Part shown: in pieces, positions 11,669 through 25,267 of the stretch
Numbering within the stretch: position 1 is the first letter of the stretch
Layout: the number at the start of each line of letters is the position of its first letter
Assembly: GCF_964355755.1 (NCBI RefSeq)
Contig: NC_092670.1
Location: 16,974,795-17,038,794 of the forward strand
Direction: 5' to 3'
Source of the DNA: Antedon mediterranea
Lineage: Eukaryota; Animalia; Echinodermata
DNA length: 64,000 nucleotides
Translations under genes and position numbers: made by a program
The notes under the pieces: generated by a model
What the model saw: only the letters and a program-made list of their open reading frames with translations
What the model was told of the DNA's origin: nothing
Database searches by the model: none

Positions 11669-13545
11669 ATAGCAATTGCATTGCAATGTTTTGCTATACA
11701 ATTTTATAATGTGTAGCAATAAGTTGGTTTTATATAGCTTTTTGCTTCTCCACTTATGAAGAAATTATTTCATGAACGATAGACATTTTTCTCACAATAA
11801 TTTGTGTTTTGTAAGGATTTTGATGGCTATCTTTTTTCTATCACCTATCACTGCAAATTAATAACAAACTCTGTGTAGTAAACATCAGACGATCTAGTCA
11901 TTGTAATGAGATATGATGTGATTGTGATGATGCCAGATCCAGGTTTATGAATTCCAGTTGCATGAGACCATAATATTAATTATTTCCAAGAAATCATTTC
12001 ATACGGCTGCTAGTAAGATGACATCAGTCCATAAATGATTGACATTTCCATAAAAACATGCTGATTTTGTTTCCCTATATAGAACATAGCCTGATGTCCT
12101 ATGATATTGTTTTTTTAATGGTAAAGATTTTTTTTTTTATTTGACATTTTTTTTAATTGACTGTAGTTTTGTAGAAATGTGCATCTTATTTTAGCACTTG
12201 AGATAATAGTTTTGACTCATCACTTTAGACTTAAGAATTAAGCCTATGAATTAGTGATAATTCAACCATTATTTTGATGTGAATTGCTGTACTATTACAG
12301 TAGTACTACTAGTAGTATGATTACTACAGTATTTATTGGTTTAAATCATGAAGTTGTAAAAATTCAGTTAATAGATAATGGAAAACTAATAATAAATGAA
12401 TGGACAAATTTTATCTTTTCGTATGGTAAGCTCCCCTCAGTAGAGCAATACTATTGTTGGTATCCAGTACCAACACCTGACTATTGGTTTGTGTAATTTT
12501 CCATATCCTAATAGCCAATCCTTGATATTAATCTTGATTTTTAATAATTAAATACACTACAAACAATACAGCTATTGTCTTTATTTTGGTATAGTACAAT
12601 TTCCGAAATAAAAATTGACTGAAAACAAGAATTCTGCGTAATTCTTAGAGATTTTAGGTGTGTCATTTAAATGTTGTACATTAGTATAGACACACTGTAT
12701 GTGTTACTATACTGATCTTTAGTTTTTTCTCGCACCAGTACTAAAATTATATCTTTAACTTTTAGTTGATTTGTTGAATCTGAAGCAGACAGGGTTAAAG
12801 CTTATTGATAACCTAACTTTAAGGATTTACTTAAACTACCACAATACCAGTGAAGATTAACTTTTGCTACCTGCTTAATAAGCACCTTATCATTGCTTAG
12901 CAACCGTTTGCCCTCTAGCTGACAACATGGTCGGAATTCTATAACAAAATATAATTATGGTGAGTTTGTTTTTTTTTTAATATTTAGTTTAACAAAAATG
13001 GCTCTAAGCATTTTAAATACAAATCCATTACTAAATCTTATTTCTCTTATTGAATGTAAAAATGTTACATTCAATAAGATAAATATAAATTCTTTGTAAA
13101 TTTGTAGAAATTGTTTTTGCTGAATAGAAATTCTAAGAGTCATTAACAATTTTTCATAAACCAAATGTTAAAGTAGAATAAAAATATTTACAAAGCACAA
13201 AAATTAAAAGGAGGGGGCGTGGGAGCGAAGCATGCTAGGTGAGGAAATCTGATTTGAATAATGCGAATGATTATACAGGTGGGCTAATAACAGGTGGTTG
13301 CTAACAGGTGACTCTGAATATTTTTTACTGTTATACTAATGTTGTGAATTTCCTCCAGATACTGCAGCAAAACATTCCCCTGACAGTATTTTTTTAATGC
13401 TAGTTTAAACTTTGGTACATTTTGACTGATGTTGTTTTTAGAGCACAAATTCAGCAGAAATACAGTCAATATAACAATTATATTCTTTAAACTGTTTATT
13501 CAGCTTTTTCAGCAGAAGGCTGGTCCATAGATCATGTTAGGGAAA

Positions 13546-13709
13546 GGCCAATTTACACAGTAGATTGCATAGCTTTGTTCCACATACAATCTGTATCTAT
13601 CCTTAGCGGAAACTGCCGGTCCACTACGCGCTTTGTATAAATGGTCGTAAGAAATAACATAAGCTTCTATATTTGTATTACCGTTACTGCTCGTCTGTGT
13701 AAATTGGCC
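13546..13709. mobile_element. Short MITE with GGCCAATTTACACAG TIRs
   Basis: GGCCAATTTACACAG ... CTGTGTAAATTGGCC; related copy at 36403-36542. Confidence 0.7.
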
Positions 13710-15195
13710 TTTTTAATTTGTTTTGGAGAAAATTTTAGATTGTGAGAAGGTGTGATAACTGGCTTAGGTATGACTCTTGTAATCGCTTCTTCTGGGTGGT
13801 CTGATATTTGATTTATGCTGATATCTTTCCTATTCTTCCTTTTTTCCTCCTTATCGAGGAAGTGATACATAACCTTTGACCTGATAGGAGTATAGTACTT
13901 AGAATTAACCAAAACAATTCCTTGTTATTGTTTTTAATAGTAAATACTATATATAATACAAACTACACATTCAAGTGCTACAGACAGTGATGTATAACCA
14001 ATTATGTACTGTACGCATATTGATAATATTGGTATACTGTAAATGTATGCATTTTATGTCATAGTTTGAGCAACCAAACCAATCTAGTAATTACTATCAC
14101 ATGAGGGTAAACTTGAATCACATGCTATAATAGTGGTATGGAAAAAATAACCGATTTAATATTTTCAGGGTTGTTTAGTGTTTTAAAATGTGTATTTATT
14201 AAAATCAAAGATGATATTAGCAAATTACAAGCATTTGATTTTAGGCAATTTAAATAAATCCATTACTCTAGATTGGTTTTGATTCAATACAAAATCAATG
14301 AAATAATAATTTATCAAGAAAGTAAATTTACCATATCCTTTAAATGACCTATGACCTATGCATATTGTGTTGGTCATTTGTGACCTATAATCCACCAAAA
14401 CTGTGTTAAGGAATTAGGTAAGAAAGTACATCCCAATGTCCTCACATTTGCGACAACCAATGTCAGATCAACTGATGTGTCGTTGGTCGTCGTCTGGACT
14501 AAGAATTCGTAAAACTTGTTGAGGTGGGAAGCATGGACACACGTCTGAATGTCCCCGCATGCGCAAAATAAATTAACATGACTAGTTCCTAAAGTCCTAC
14601 AGGGCCGTAGCCAGGATCTGTCAAGGGGGGGTTCGGACACTAAATATTTGGGTCAAACCCACCCCCCCCCCCACTCCCCCAGCCTGATGCGAAGCGAATT
14701 TTGTTAAATGACACCCCTAGATGGCCGGAAAAGACACTCTCGTGCAGCATGCTATATAACCAATGAGCAAAAAGATCATACTTTTTTCCTCCTCCTCAAA
14801 CACGTCGATAATTTAAATGACGATAACTATTTGTTGCCGTATGTTAGATGCGCGTGCTCTGTGCGGAACCGCCGATTGTTTGATCATTTACTCCGTATTT
14901 TGTTTTGCGTTCAAGTTCAATGCGAACGTATATCTAGGAGCAGCCCAGAAAAAATCACACTGGGTGAAGGCAAATGCTATTTGCTAGCTCTATCTATAAT
15001 ATTTATTTACAGCAATTTGTTGAGGAATATAAATATGTAAATAGGTGATATTGATACATTTTAGTACGTATCGGCTGGTGGTCTAGAAAAAAATAATCGT
15101 ATGCCATAATGTGAACTACAGTACTTGATACCATAGATATTATAGTGTAAAATATTAATATTCACTATAATCCTCTATGATACATTATACTTCAT

Positions 15196-16018
15196 GGGCC
15201 CTGTTTCTGCTGCCAACTAAATACCGTATATTATACGGTATTTTTTGAATACCGTATATATACGGTATATTTTTGGCAGCAGAAACTGCGCTCATAAAAA
15301 AAATACCGTATTTTGTATACCGTATTTTCCCCACAAAATTTGTGGATAAAATACGGTATTTACAAATTTATACCGTATTTGTTGTACCCGTTTCTGCTGC
15401 CAATAAAAAATACCGTATTTTTTTTTTACATGACAAAAGGTCAACATTCGTGTTTTTATTTTCTGTCGCTGTCAGCTGTTTTACACACGTGTATATATAT
15501 ATTCGGCGAAAATGTGGAGCGAAGACGTCACAGTTTTACTAAATAAATTTGTGTGGGGAAGCTAAAATGTCTGGCCAACTAAAAGGTAATAAAAGGGACA
15601 ACCACATTTATAAAGACATTTCTAAAATAAAAAAGCACGAGTATGGAATAGACTTGTCTCCAAAGCAAGTAAACTCAAAGCTGAAGAGCCTGCGAAAGCA
15701 GTACAACATTGCAAAATACAATAACTCGGGGAGGGAACGAATTAATTGTCCCCATTACGATGTTTCTGTGCTCTCACAACATCTCTATCACTAGGGCTAG
15801 GCTGTTGAAAGTGAGACGTAAAACTTCCTTTATTGCGACTTTTAATTATCGATCAAATAAATGAATGGCAATTTGGGTAAAAAAGATGAAATTTAACACG
15901 ACCACCCAAGAAGTATTGTTAGCAGAAACGGGGTACTAAAAAATACGGTATAAAAAATACCGTATTTTATACCGTATTTTTATACCGTATTTTGAGCAGT
16001 TGCAGCAGAAACAGGCCC
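15196..16018 (+). mobile_element. Harbinger deletion derivative with ATACCGTAT subterminal arrays
   Basis: TIR GGGCCCTGTTTCTGCTGC / GCAGCAGAAACAGGCCC, more than ten ATAC(C/G)GTAT-type motifs and an internal Myb/SANT remnant. No clean TSD. Confidence 0.85.
15514..15770 (+). pseudogene. Myb/SANT-like (trihelix) DNA-binding domain remnant, Harbinger accessory protein
   Basis: WSEDVTVLL (frameshift) LCGEAKMSGQLKGNKRDNHIYKDISK..LSPKQVNSKLKSLRKQYNIAKYNNSGRERINCPHYD follows the Myb_DNA-bind_4/MSANTD pattern W..E...L...W.......IY..IS......Q...K.K.L...Y...K..N.SG....CP.YD. Confidence 0.8.
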
Positions 16019-18796
16019 ATAGTCACACATAAATACTGATGTACGTCGGAAGGCTATATACTTTATGCATGCTGCCTGACTGCCAGTGATTATTACTAAA
16101 CAATTATAGGTACGCAGTTGTCTGGCGGTGTCCTTTGTACGAATCGTTCGTGCGCCAGCTGAGCTCGCTATGAGACGCGTCAATATCATGTTACATGCAG
16201 GGACCAAACATTTATTTTTCAGGTTAAAATCGGCAATTCATTTGCAGCTTTTAGAAATTTACAGACACGTATCACTAGTTGACGCTCATACAGAGAAGAA
16301 GGTTCACGAACAAGTTTACGAATTTTTCAATTTACAAACAACTTTTTGTACTGTGGGGCACGTATTTGGAGGATTTTTGGAGATGAGGGTGAGGTATTGG
16401 GCATGTCGGGGATGGGGGTTTGCAGTTGGTTAAGGGGGGTTCGCTGTAAAGGGGGGGTTCGCCCGAACCATAAAAATCCCCCCTGGCTACGGGCCTGTCC
16501 TATGTTGTTGCAAATCAAAATCTCTTTAATATAAATTAAATAGTTGATAGCCGGGTCAATGGATCCTTATCAATGCTACATCATTTAAGGCTGATTGCTC
16601 CTGTGACTTCCTCTTGTGTCCAATCTAACTCCCGGACTTAAAATTGTATGAGATTATGATTAAGCCAACAAAAGTTTGATAGTGAAGTTTGATCATCCTT
16701 GAAATATGTTTTACTGTACTTTAATTTTAATGCGTTCCAACAGTTAAAACAATAATTTGTGACATTAGCAATATATCGATTTTCCTGAAAGTCTATAAGA
16801 ATGATCTATAATCTTTTGCAAAAAAAACTTTAAAACTGTGGATGTTATCGTGTATACAAACAAACTAAGCGAAACATTTGCTAAGTAAAAATCTTTTACA
16901 CTATACCTCACCTTGTATATACTTTAACAAGCAATTTTTTTGTTAGTAAGTTTATAGAAATCTTAAGTGGTCCCTTGCATAAAGTTCAACTCAAGTTTAA
17001 TCTATGGTACCTGACATTATAGTATTTTAATCCATTTTGTTCTTATGTTGTAAACACCGAAAATGAGTCAGTCAAGATCAGATATGATTCATTCTACCCG
17101 TTTCTATTTTTAAACCAGGGAACTACTTCATCGTAATGTTAATGATGAGTTAATACCAATTATTACTTTTTTAATGACGTCAAACTAACATCTTGACATC
17201 ATCAACAATTTGAATTCAATAGCAAACGCAACAGATAGTATAAGTCACTTCCTTTTGAACCCATTGGTAGAATCCTAGTTGTCGCCAGCCAGCCATACTT
17301 CGGACATTTCCAGTTTTTTCCATATCCTTTGCAAGCCACAATAATTTGAGTTATTTACATTATTGGTCATCAGTGCTAATTGGTCATCAGTGTTAAAATA
17401 CATTCAAGGTGAAAATATGAAAACAAAAACAATTTCAACTGTATAACACAAAAATAGTGCCAATACACAGTACGTAGTATAGGTCTAATGAAAGTGAATA
17501 TAAAGAAATTTAGAAATCAATGCATTGTAAATTTTAATAAATAATAAATGTAACTAGTAACTTGTTCTAAATTATAACTATATTAGTAATTCTTCCATGA
17601 TTATAAAAAGGATACCAAACATTATGAATTAAATACTATATTATTATTATTAAACACTAAATATTAAATAATATTATTAAATAGGCCTATTGTTACAAAA
17701 TAATGTAATAATTTTTTTAAAAAGATCATGAAAATGACACACCGTCAGAACTTAGCAAATTAGAGTAAATATGTTACCATAAATAAAATAAAGGAGTGGA
17801 CTTTCTGTGTTGCAGACGTTCTTGGGCACCTGTTGTTTTTGTTTATATATGTGTTGGTATTTTGACAACATGACCAAACGTACTATACATAATAATTGAC
17901 CATACCACACACTTTCTTCTCCTCCCTCCCTGCTGGCATTTGGTTGGTGGATTTATTCAGTATCTATTCAACTCGGCTCATGAAAATATTCTCCCCATTC
18001 AACTCATAAACAGTTATTGTAGAATGAAATGACAGGAGTCATGAGGCCAAGAGGTTAACAGGGCCGTTGAAAACCATAAATTTGGCACAGGTTCAAGACT
18101 GGTAAACCATTAGTTGGATAAAGAAACGAGTGTACAAATCTGGCCTGTGTGCACTTTACAAATACAGTGCATCTTAGGGAAGAGTGAGGGGTTGTACAAA
18201 TATACTGTATTGCGTAGTGCAGTAGTTTAGTCAGCTTAGAAAAGTGAAAAGTGCTATATAAGCAATTTATTATGTTATATAACATTTTAAAAAGATATTA
18301 GTACAATTAATTTCACTTTCAACCTGCATATCCTACTATAGTGCACTATGTTAATAGGGAAATGACTTATATGTCTTATGACTTGTTTATTGCTGTAAAA
18401 AAAAAGTATGACAACTACAAGAAATGAGTTTTAATCAATCAATTTGAGGACGTGAATAATAGTTGTTTATGTTTTCAAATTGTGTTCAAAATATTTACCA
18501 CCATGGAATAACTAATTCTAGTATATTTAATCACAGCTTTTACAGCTTTTAAATATATATGTAGCTTTGAAATAAAATCTGCTAAATTTTATCTGTGTGT
18601 TTGAAATAAAATGATAAAAAAATGTTTTTTCTTTAAAGGAAGCAAACCAACAGGTAGTAGATGCTTTAATAAATGGACATTGGTAACTTAATATACTGTA
18701 CTATAATAATATCAACTTTGTTTCAAAACGGATGCAGCAATTAAATCACCAGATTGATGTTTTTCACAAGGCCGTTAATTATTTAAAAACTATTTA

Positions 18797-20295
18797 GGGC
18801 CTGTTTCTGCTGAGCAGAAATAATCGATTATTAACCGTTTATTTTTTTAATTATTTTTGGGCAGCAGAGACGGCGCAAAATAAAATAACCGATTAAAAAT
18901 AACCGATTAAAAACACTCAATCCATTGCGTGTTTTAATCGATTATTTCTTGTTTTAACCGATTATTTCGGAGCAGTTTTGAGCTGCAACACAAATAGCGA
19001 TTATTGACCCCACTTTGACCTCTAGAGTATGGCAAACTCATTCACGTCACAAAGCATGCTGTTTATTTGCGCGATATCGACGACGATCAGCAAAACAACG
19101 ATCGCGATGTAGACCGAATAACAATCAAATGTTAAAGCCCCCTTCCCTACGTTTTTTAGATATAATTTAAGATCACAAACTATATTTAATGTAAAAATAA
19201 TACTATATGGTCCTATTGCGATAACTAACGGTTAAAAATGTGAAAAATAAGTCGATTCTAATAATTATAGCGGCCCGCTATAAATCCCAAAATGCATTGC
19301 GCGCGGATTGATATTTTTGTTTTTCACCTGTAATTCGCCCACTTTTTGATCGATCGTGAGGCCAAAACAAATGGAAGACTCCTAACTTTTCAGCGAAAAT
19401 ACCGGGTTTTCCCCAATTTGTATCAACGGAGTCTGGCAAAAATAGAAAGACAATTAATGCAGCAACTATACAACGTCAGGCTAGGTATATAGCTAGCGTA
19501 TGATGTTCGTACGTTACCGATGTTTACCAGCTAGGCCTACAAAACTAAGCCTAGCTAGGCTAGGCCTAAGACCGTCCACGAGAGGTCGATCGCCGCGAGC
19601 TACTTAGGTAGTGCATTGTTTCTCACTTTTTATCATAATTTACCATAAAACGTACATTTAAGACAAGGAATGACATGGTTTAATGTTTTTAAAGTGATAC
19701 ATATGTATTATTTTCCAAAAAACGTCCAAAATTGCAGGGAAGGGGTCTTTAAACATTTGATTTTTATTATTTTGTGGGGGAGAATTATACCGAGAGACTC
19801 CAGGATTCTGTGTTACAAGTACACCGTTACATCCCACCATTCCAGGCTAACGATGTTTTACATCCTTTTTTAGGCCTGTTGTCTGTTGACTTGTTTCGGT
19901 AGAAATATATGGCCGAAGGTAGAACCAACGAACGGCGAAACAAACTTTTCTCGCCGACGTGTCCTTAATATAACATCATTATTCTGTTGTATGTGGTACG
20001 GTAGTAGGCCTACTGTAGATGTTTATTTTACAAATAATATAGCTTTACGTAAGAGTAATTTTTAATCCTACATGTGAGAGTTTTAGGCAGCGATATAGGA
20101 TGTAAACAAACCAACTCTCATCGGCCTTTCATAACTTGAACTGCGCTGTGGGGAATGATAACGTGATTTTAAAAACCGATTACCTGAATAACCGATTAAA
20201 GTCGTAGCAATTTTCAAATGCAACGCGATTATTTTTGTGGTTTGCGGTGACTGGAAAAAATGGATTATTTTGATTTTTTCTGCAGAAACAGACCC
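18797..20295. mobile_element. Non-autonomous Harbinger element with TAA(T/C)CGATTA subterminal arrays
   Basis: TIR GGGCCTGTTTCTGC / GCAGAAACAGACCC, TTA target duplication (18794-18796 and 20296-20298), repeated TAATCGATTA/AACCGATTA. Confidence 0.88.
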
Positions 20296-21702
20296 TTAGA
20301 AATGCATTTACAGTACTTATGATTCAAAAACTATTTACAAAAAAACAACTGATACAACTTAAAAAATAAAAGTTTCAATGAACTGCATAAATGCATAATA
20401 CTTATAGATAGAATAGCTAATACTATATCACTCTCTAAGTTGTCTCTATTTTTTTGAGAGGTTAAGTTTAAGAACACACAATATTACACTGCAATAAGAA
20501 GCTGAAACTATAAAATACCAAGAGATATCTTGACCAAGTACTTTATGATGATTACAATAATCATTATAAAGAATTATGTATAGCGCCCTCATTTTCTATA
20601 AACTTTTTCTCATAGGTGTTGAACTTAGGTAGAGTAAGATATCACCATTGAAGACCTAATATTTTAAATGCATCCTTATTTTAAACATATTTAACCAAAA
20701 GTAAATAAATTATTTGTGCTTATATGTTTCTATTGGATTTATTATGATGTTGTATACATAAAAAATAAAATCAAAATTTCATAATAGAAATACACAGATA
20801 TTTTTACTATTTTTCTTTATATAAATACCAAGAGCCATTTAGCATGTTTTTTCTTCGAATAATTTACAAATAAAAATGCTACCCGAGGATATGGAAGATA
20901 TAATATTATCATATCCAACTGTGGGGCTTCTCTAATCATATATATATCTTTCATTATCTGGACCAAGACTAAGATATATTATATATTAAGATATGCTAAG
21001 CTCATATTCCAATGTTATTGAATCAGGGACTGTGTCAAAATTCTATACACTTTCTTCCAGATCAAAACAATTCATAAATATTTAACTTAATATTATAGAT
21101 ATAAGCACAGTTATTGTGTGAATAAAATCCAGAAAAATATTTGTTGATATTAAACATTTATTTTTTTATCCTATTTTTTTAAAAGATGATAAAAAAAAAA
21201 ATATAGCTTGAGGGGAAAGTGATTAATTAGAGATAGTGTGAAGTTTTGTGATAGTAGTGTTGCCGAGAGCAGCATAATGTTTACCTCTGGCAGTCTAGTA
21301 ATCGTTATCTAGGGCAAGTTATCTAGATAATTCCTGTTAGTTACTATGTAGTTGTCTCTGAGCTTGTCAGTGAAACTTATATTGCCAAAGGATGTCGTGG
21401 GCCGTATGGTGTTCAAGAGTTTTCCAAAGGCACCCCTAGAGAATAGCAGTGTTATTGGTAAATAAGCCTACTACTAGTCAAGCTCAGACTCAGATTTTTT
21501 TTACAGATTTATGGAAAAAAGAACTTTGCTTGAATTTTTATAATGTTCTGTAAAATAAAAACTACAGAATAATAAACATACTAAATGATCAAAATTGCTG
21601 TTTTATGGTGAATTTTCTTTTAAATAGTTAGACATTTTCATCACCAATTATACAACTTTAAAGTGTATCATTTCCACCATTACACATCATATGATTGTGT
21701 AT

Positions 21703-21834
21703 GTTATGAAAGCTATATTTTTGTTGAATTTCATTGGTTTGAATTCGTTATGAAAGCTATATTTTTGTTGAATTTCATTGGTTTGAATTCGTTATGAAAG
21801 CTATATTTTTGTTGAATTTCATTGGTTTGAATTC
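21703..21834. repeat. Perfect 44-bp x 3 tandem repeat
   Basis: GTTATGAAAGCTATATTTTTGTTGAATTTCATTGGTTTGAATTC starting at 21703, 21747 and 21791. Confidence 0.95.
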
Positions 21835-23455
21835 TGGCCAATTTTTTTTTTGGCTAGATCACTTCTTGATTTAAAGCCAATGCTTAGTTATAAAATTTAA
21901 AGCAAGACATGGGAATTGAGATTTTAGAAATTTGATGATGTGTTATCGTTGGAATGTCTGTTATTCCACACAAGAAAAACTTCTTAATGGCTATTTCCAT
22001 TAAAAGCACATTTTGGTCGGTTTTCTTTTCACATTAAAAAGTACAGAACGTATCTCAACTGGGCGTGTGATTTAGCACACTTGTTTTAATCCATTTAACC
22101 TGTACTTATTGATAAAGTTCTACCACGTTTTTTTTTATGTTGATCTTACTGTACTACCAGTTATTCAAGCGGTAAACTTTAAAGAGTTTTCATTAACAGG
22201 ATATGGCAGCACTATTTTTATGGTTAATCATTTATGATAACCTTTAAATAATTGGTGACTCTAATGTCATACCTTTGCTATAGTACCCTAATCTCAACCC
22301 AATGTAACATATTCCGTTTTATCAGGCTCTCCCTATTTACCCTTTGAATGCCACCAGTCTGTAGTATTTCTCACCACCTGTTTAATTGCCCCTATTTGAC
22401 CATAAAACAAGAATGTCTACAACATAGTCATTTTATATGTTCACTTGACTTCAGCTCTTGCATCAAACCTCCATCCTATCAAAAACATTAGTTTTGTAGG
22501 CCTATATCCAGTGGTTTTCCTGCATTTTTTTTATTTAAAAATTTGTTTAAAGAAATAAATTTGCCTATTTTCACCTCCCTGGAACTGCCCCTGCATATCT
22601 CCATTTGCAATTAGTCAGTAAATTTGTCATTATTAATGGCAAGGACATTTTATGTATTTGCTCTCCTTCCCTAGCACACCTTTAACACATCTAATATAAC
22701 ATTAACCTGTCATTCACAGTCAAGTATAGAGTTGCCACACATGTTATTTTAATCCAATTTGAATCAATAGCAACAAATTATTAACATTCAAGGAGGCTGT
22801 TAATTTTAATTACTTGTTTACCTTGATCTTCTTACTGTTGCCTATAAACTGCTTAAAAATGTTTGTAGCTGAGCTGAATTTTAAGTAAAGACCTATTACA
22901 ATTAGCTGCCTTACCCAGACTGACCTGACCACTTGCTTAAATTAAGGCCAAAATGTAGTCTTGTTTTAGACATAACATTTCTAAAATTTTAAGTTTAGTG
23001 AGAGCCTGTGCTTATCATCTTAGCATGAGATTGAACCAGGGTCTTCATTACAAGAAATAATACCTTTTAAAGAAATGCTAAAAAAAGACCAAAGTTTAGA
23101 ATGTTGATGGATAAAAACTAGGCCGGTTAAAAATGTGGCGATGCTTTTTTATCTGGATAATTTGTTTTATTTGCACTGGCAACCTTTTCTTCCCAGGGAG
23201 TAGTGCAGTGTTAGTAGAGGTACTACCAATGTACTATATAAATTAGGTCTCTGTTTCATAGTTTTGTATTTAAAATCAAGGAAAAGACTTCTCTCCTTTA
23301 ATAGCCCCTGATTAGGGGTTGACCTTAGTATTAAAACATATACGGTATTGCTCCATGTTCGTTCCACCGGAAGATGTCCTTTTAATAGAGGTGTCCCCTG
23401 AATGGAGGTCTTCTACTGATTGACTAATAGAGGCCCAAGAATAGCCAATAAAACA

Positions 23456-23634
23456 CAGTAAATTCTCCCAATACTGGACACCCTTAGGTTGGTTTTCCCG
23501 ACATTCTTGTATTCATAATGTCATTTTAATAGTAAAAAAGGATTTTTAACCTTTTGACTTCAACAATCAAGAAAAGTCTGGTTTTTGGAAATGTTTCCGG
23601 TTTTCAGAGAGTCCGGTATTAGGAGAGTCTACTG
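23456..23634. mobile_element. Tc1/mariner-pogo-type MITE, with a second relic right end at about 23365-23418
   Basis: CAGTAAATTCTCCCAATACTGGAC ... GTCCGGTATTAGGAGAGTCTACTG followed by TA. Confidence 0.65.
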
Positions 23635-25267
23635 TATTATTGTTGCATTATTACTATTACAGTTTAAAGGAGGCCATAAGCCAATTGGTAGTAGCCAGTT
23701 AGGCTATTGATTTGATTACAAATCTTCGTACTCTTGGTCAATTTTTTGTCATCAAAAATCAAATTGCACACTTGACAACATTCAATCAAACACAATTCCA
23801 AATCATCTGTTTAATGAATCAATAAATAAACATATACAAGTGTTTGATATTAATACTTGAAAACTAAATAGTAGGTAATCTGTCACTTGTTAGCTTTCTC
23901 TCACCTTACTAGGCGCCTAACCGTTACTTTCCAAAGATAATCAAGCACTCAAATGCAAACAGTCACACTTAATAAAGTGGTTTTATCAGTAGTTAGTCTT
24001 CATTTGGACATACATGATTCCAGTTTAGTTTTATGATTGTCTGATGACCAATCGTCCTGGCATTTTTTAAAATTCCCTATTTTCTATGGCAACAGGTTGC
24101 TTTGTTATATACTTTTACTCACTGTAGATTTCCAAGAATCTAGTTTTCTAATACCTGTAGAAGGTTGTTCTTAAAAGATTTTAATTTAATTGTTTTTCTA
24201 AAAATGAATCCCAGCATATATCTTTAGTGGACTAGTTAAAATGATGAATAATAATAATTTTTCATTGTTTATCATATTTTTTTTAAATGTTGCTAAACAA
24301 AAGGTCTTAATTGAGGAGTCAATAAAATTTAAGGAACTTTTTTAGTTCCGGTTAACATGCTGAAAGTTGAAGCCGTGAAGCTAATAATTGTGTCAACTAT
24401 TGCGTGCTGAATCATAAAGTTTTATTAGGGCTGCTGTGAAATTAATATAAACCCACAGATTGAAAAGCCCAGCCATCTTGCCCCTATCATTATTAAGTGT
24501 ATATTGAAGCTATTAATTTGGCTGTTTATTTCTAGGAAAATTTATTATGAAGTTAAATAGGGTAATTGGTTTGATTTTGAAATGAAAACAGTTGCAAAAG
24601 GCATGCTTTTAACATTATAAGTAACAAATTTAATGTTTGAACTGGACATTAATTTAAGATGATTAAAAATGTTTTTAAAACAGATACTTTTGTTTGCTAC
24701 TATAAGTAGGGAAAGAAATATCAGTGGCTATAAGATTACATAGTTGGCCCTACTATTTTTGTTAAATCTTTTTTTATCCAAACACAATTTGTAAGTTGGT
24801 AATGTTGTACATTTACAATAGGCAATTTTACATATATTTTATCTGATTTAGCCTACTGTTGCTCAATATTATGGTTCAATTTTCAATTCAATTTTGTCAT
24901 AACATAAAATCAAATTATCTAATTATATAACCATTATAATGACAACTTTAACAAGATAAATTAAAAGTAAAAACAGATTAATAGAAACAATCCCTGTTAC
25001 TTAGTTTGTAATAAATCAAAATCTTTTATTATCATTAAAATATCAATACAATTGAATCTTGGTGAAGGTACACAACCCGTATCAACCAAGCAAATTAAAT
25101 AAATACAGATTAAAAGCAGAGCTAAATTGGTTGAGTATGTATTACAGAAGGCTTAATAGATATAATTTGATTCTGATTTGCTATAATATCACCAATTACA
25201 GATGATTATTATACTATTAAGTACAAATACTTCAAGGAAATTAAGTTGAATTAATTTTACTGTCGTA

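Larger units (their letters stand above)
14600..16497. mobile_element. hAT-like non-autonomous element with nested insertions
   Basis: TIR CAGGGCCGTAGCCAGG / CCTGGCTACGGGCCTG, G-run subterminal repeats GGGGGGTTCG, flanked by a direct TCCTA repeat (14595-14599 and 16498-16502). Confidence 0.8.

Noticed and set aside
13667-14640. Possible host exons (minus-strand ORFs 13667-13912 and 14374-14640)
   Set aside because: No recognisable domain, no consistent splice-site pair, and both ORFs run into transposon ends.
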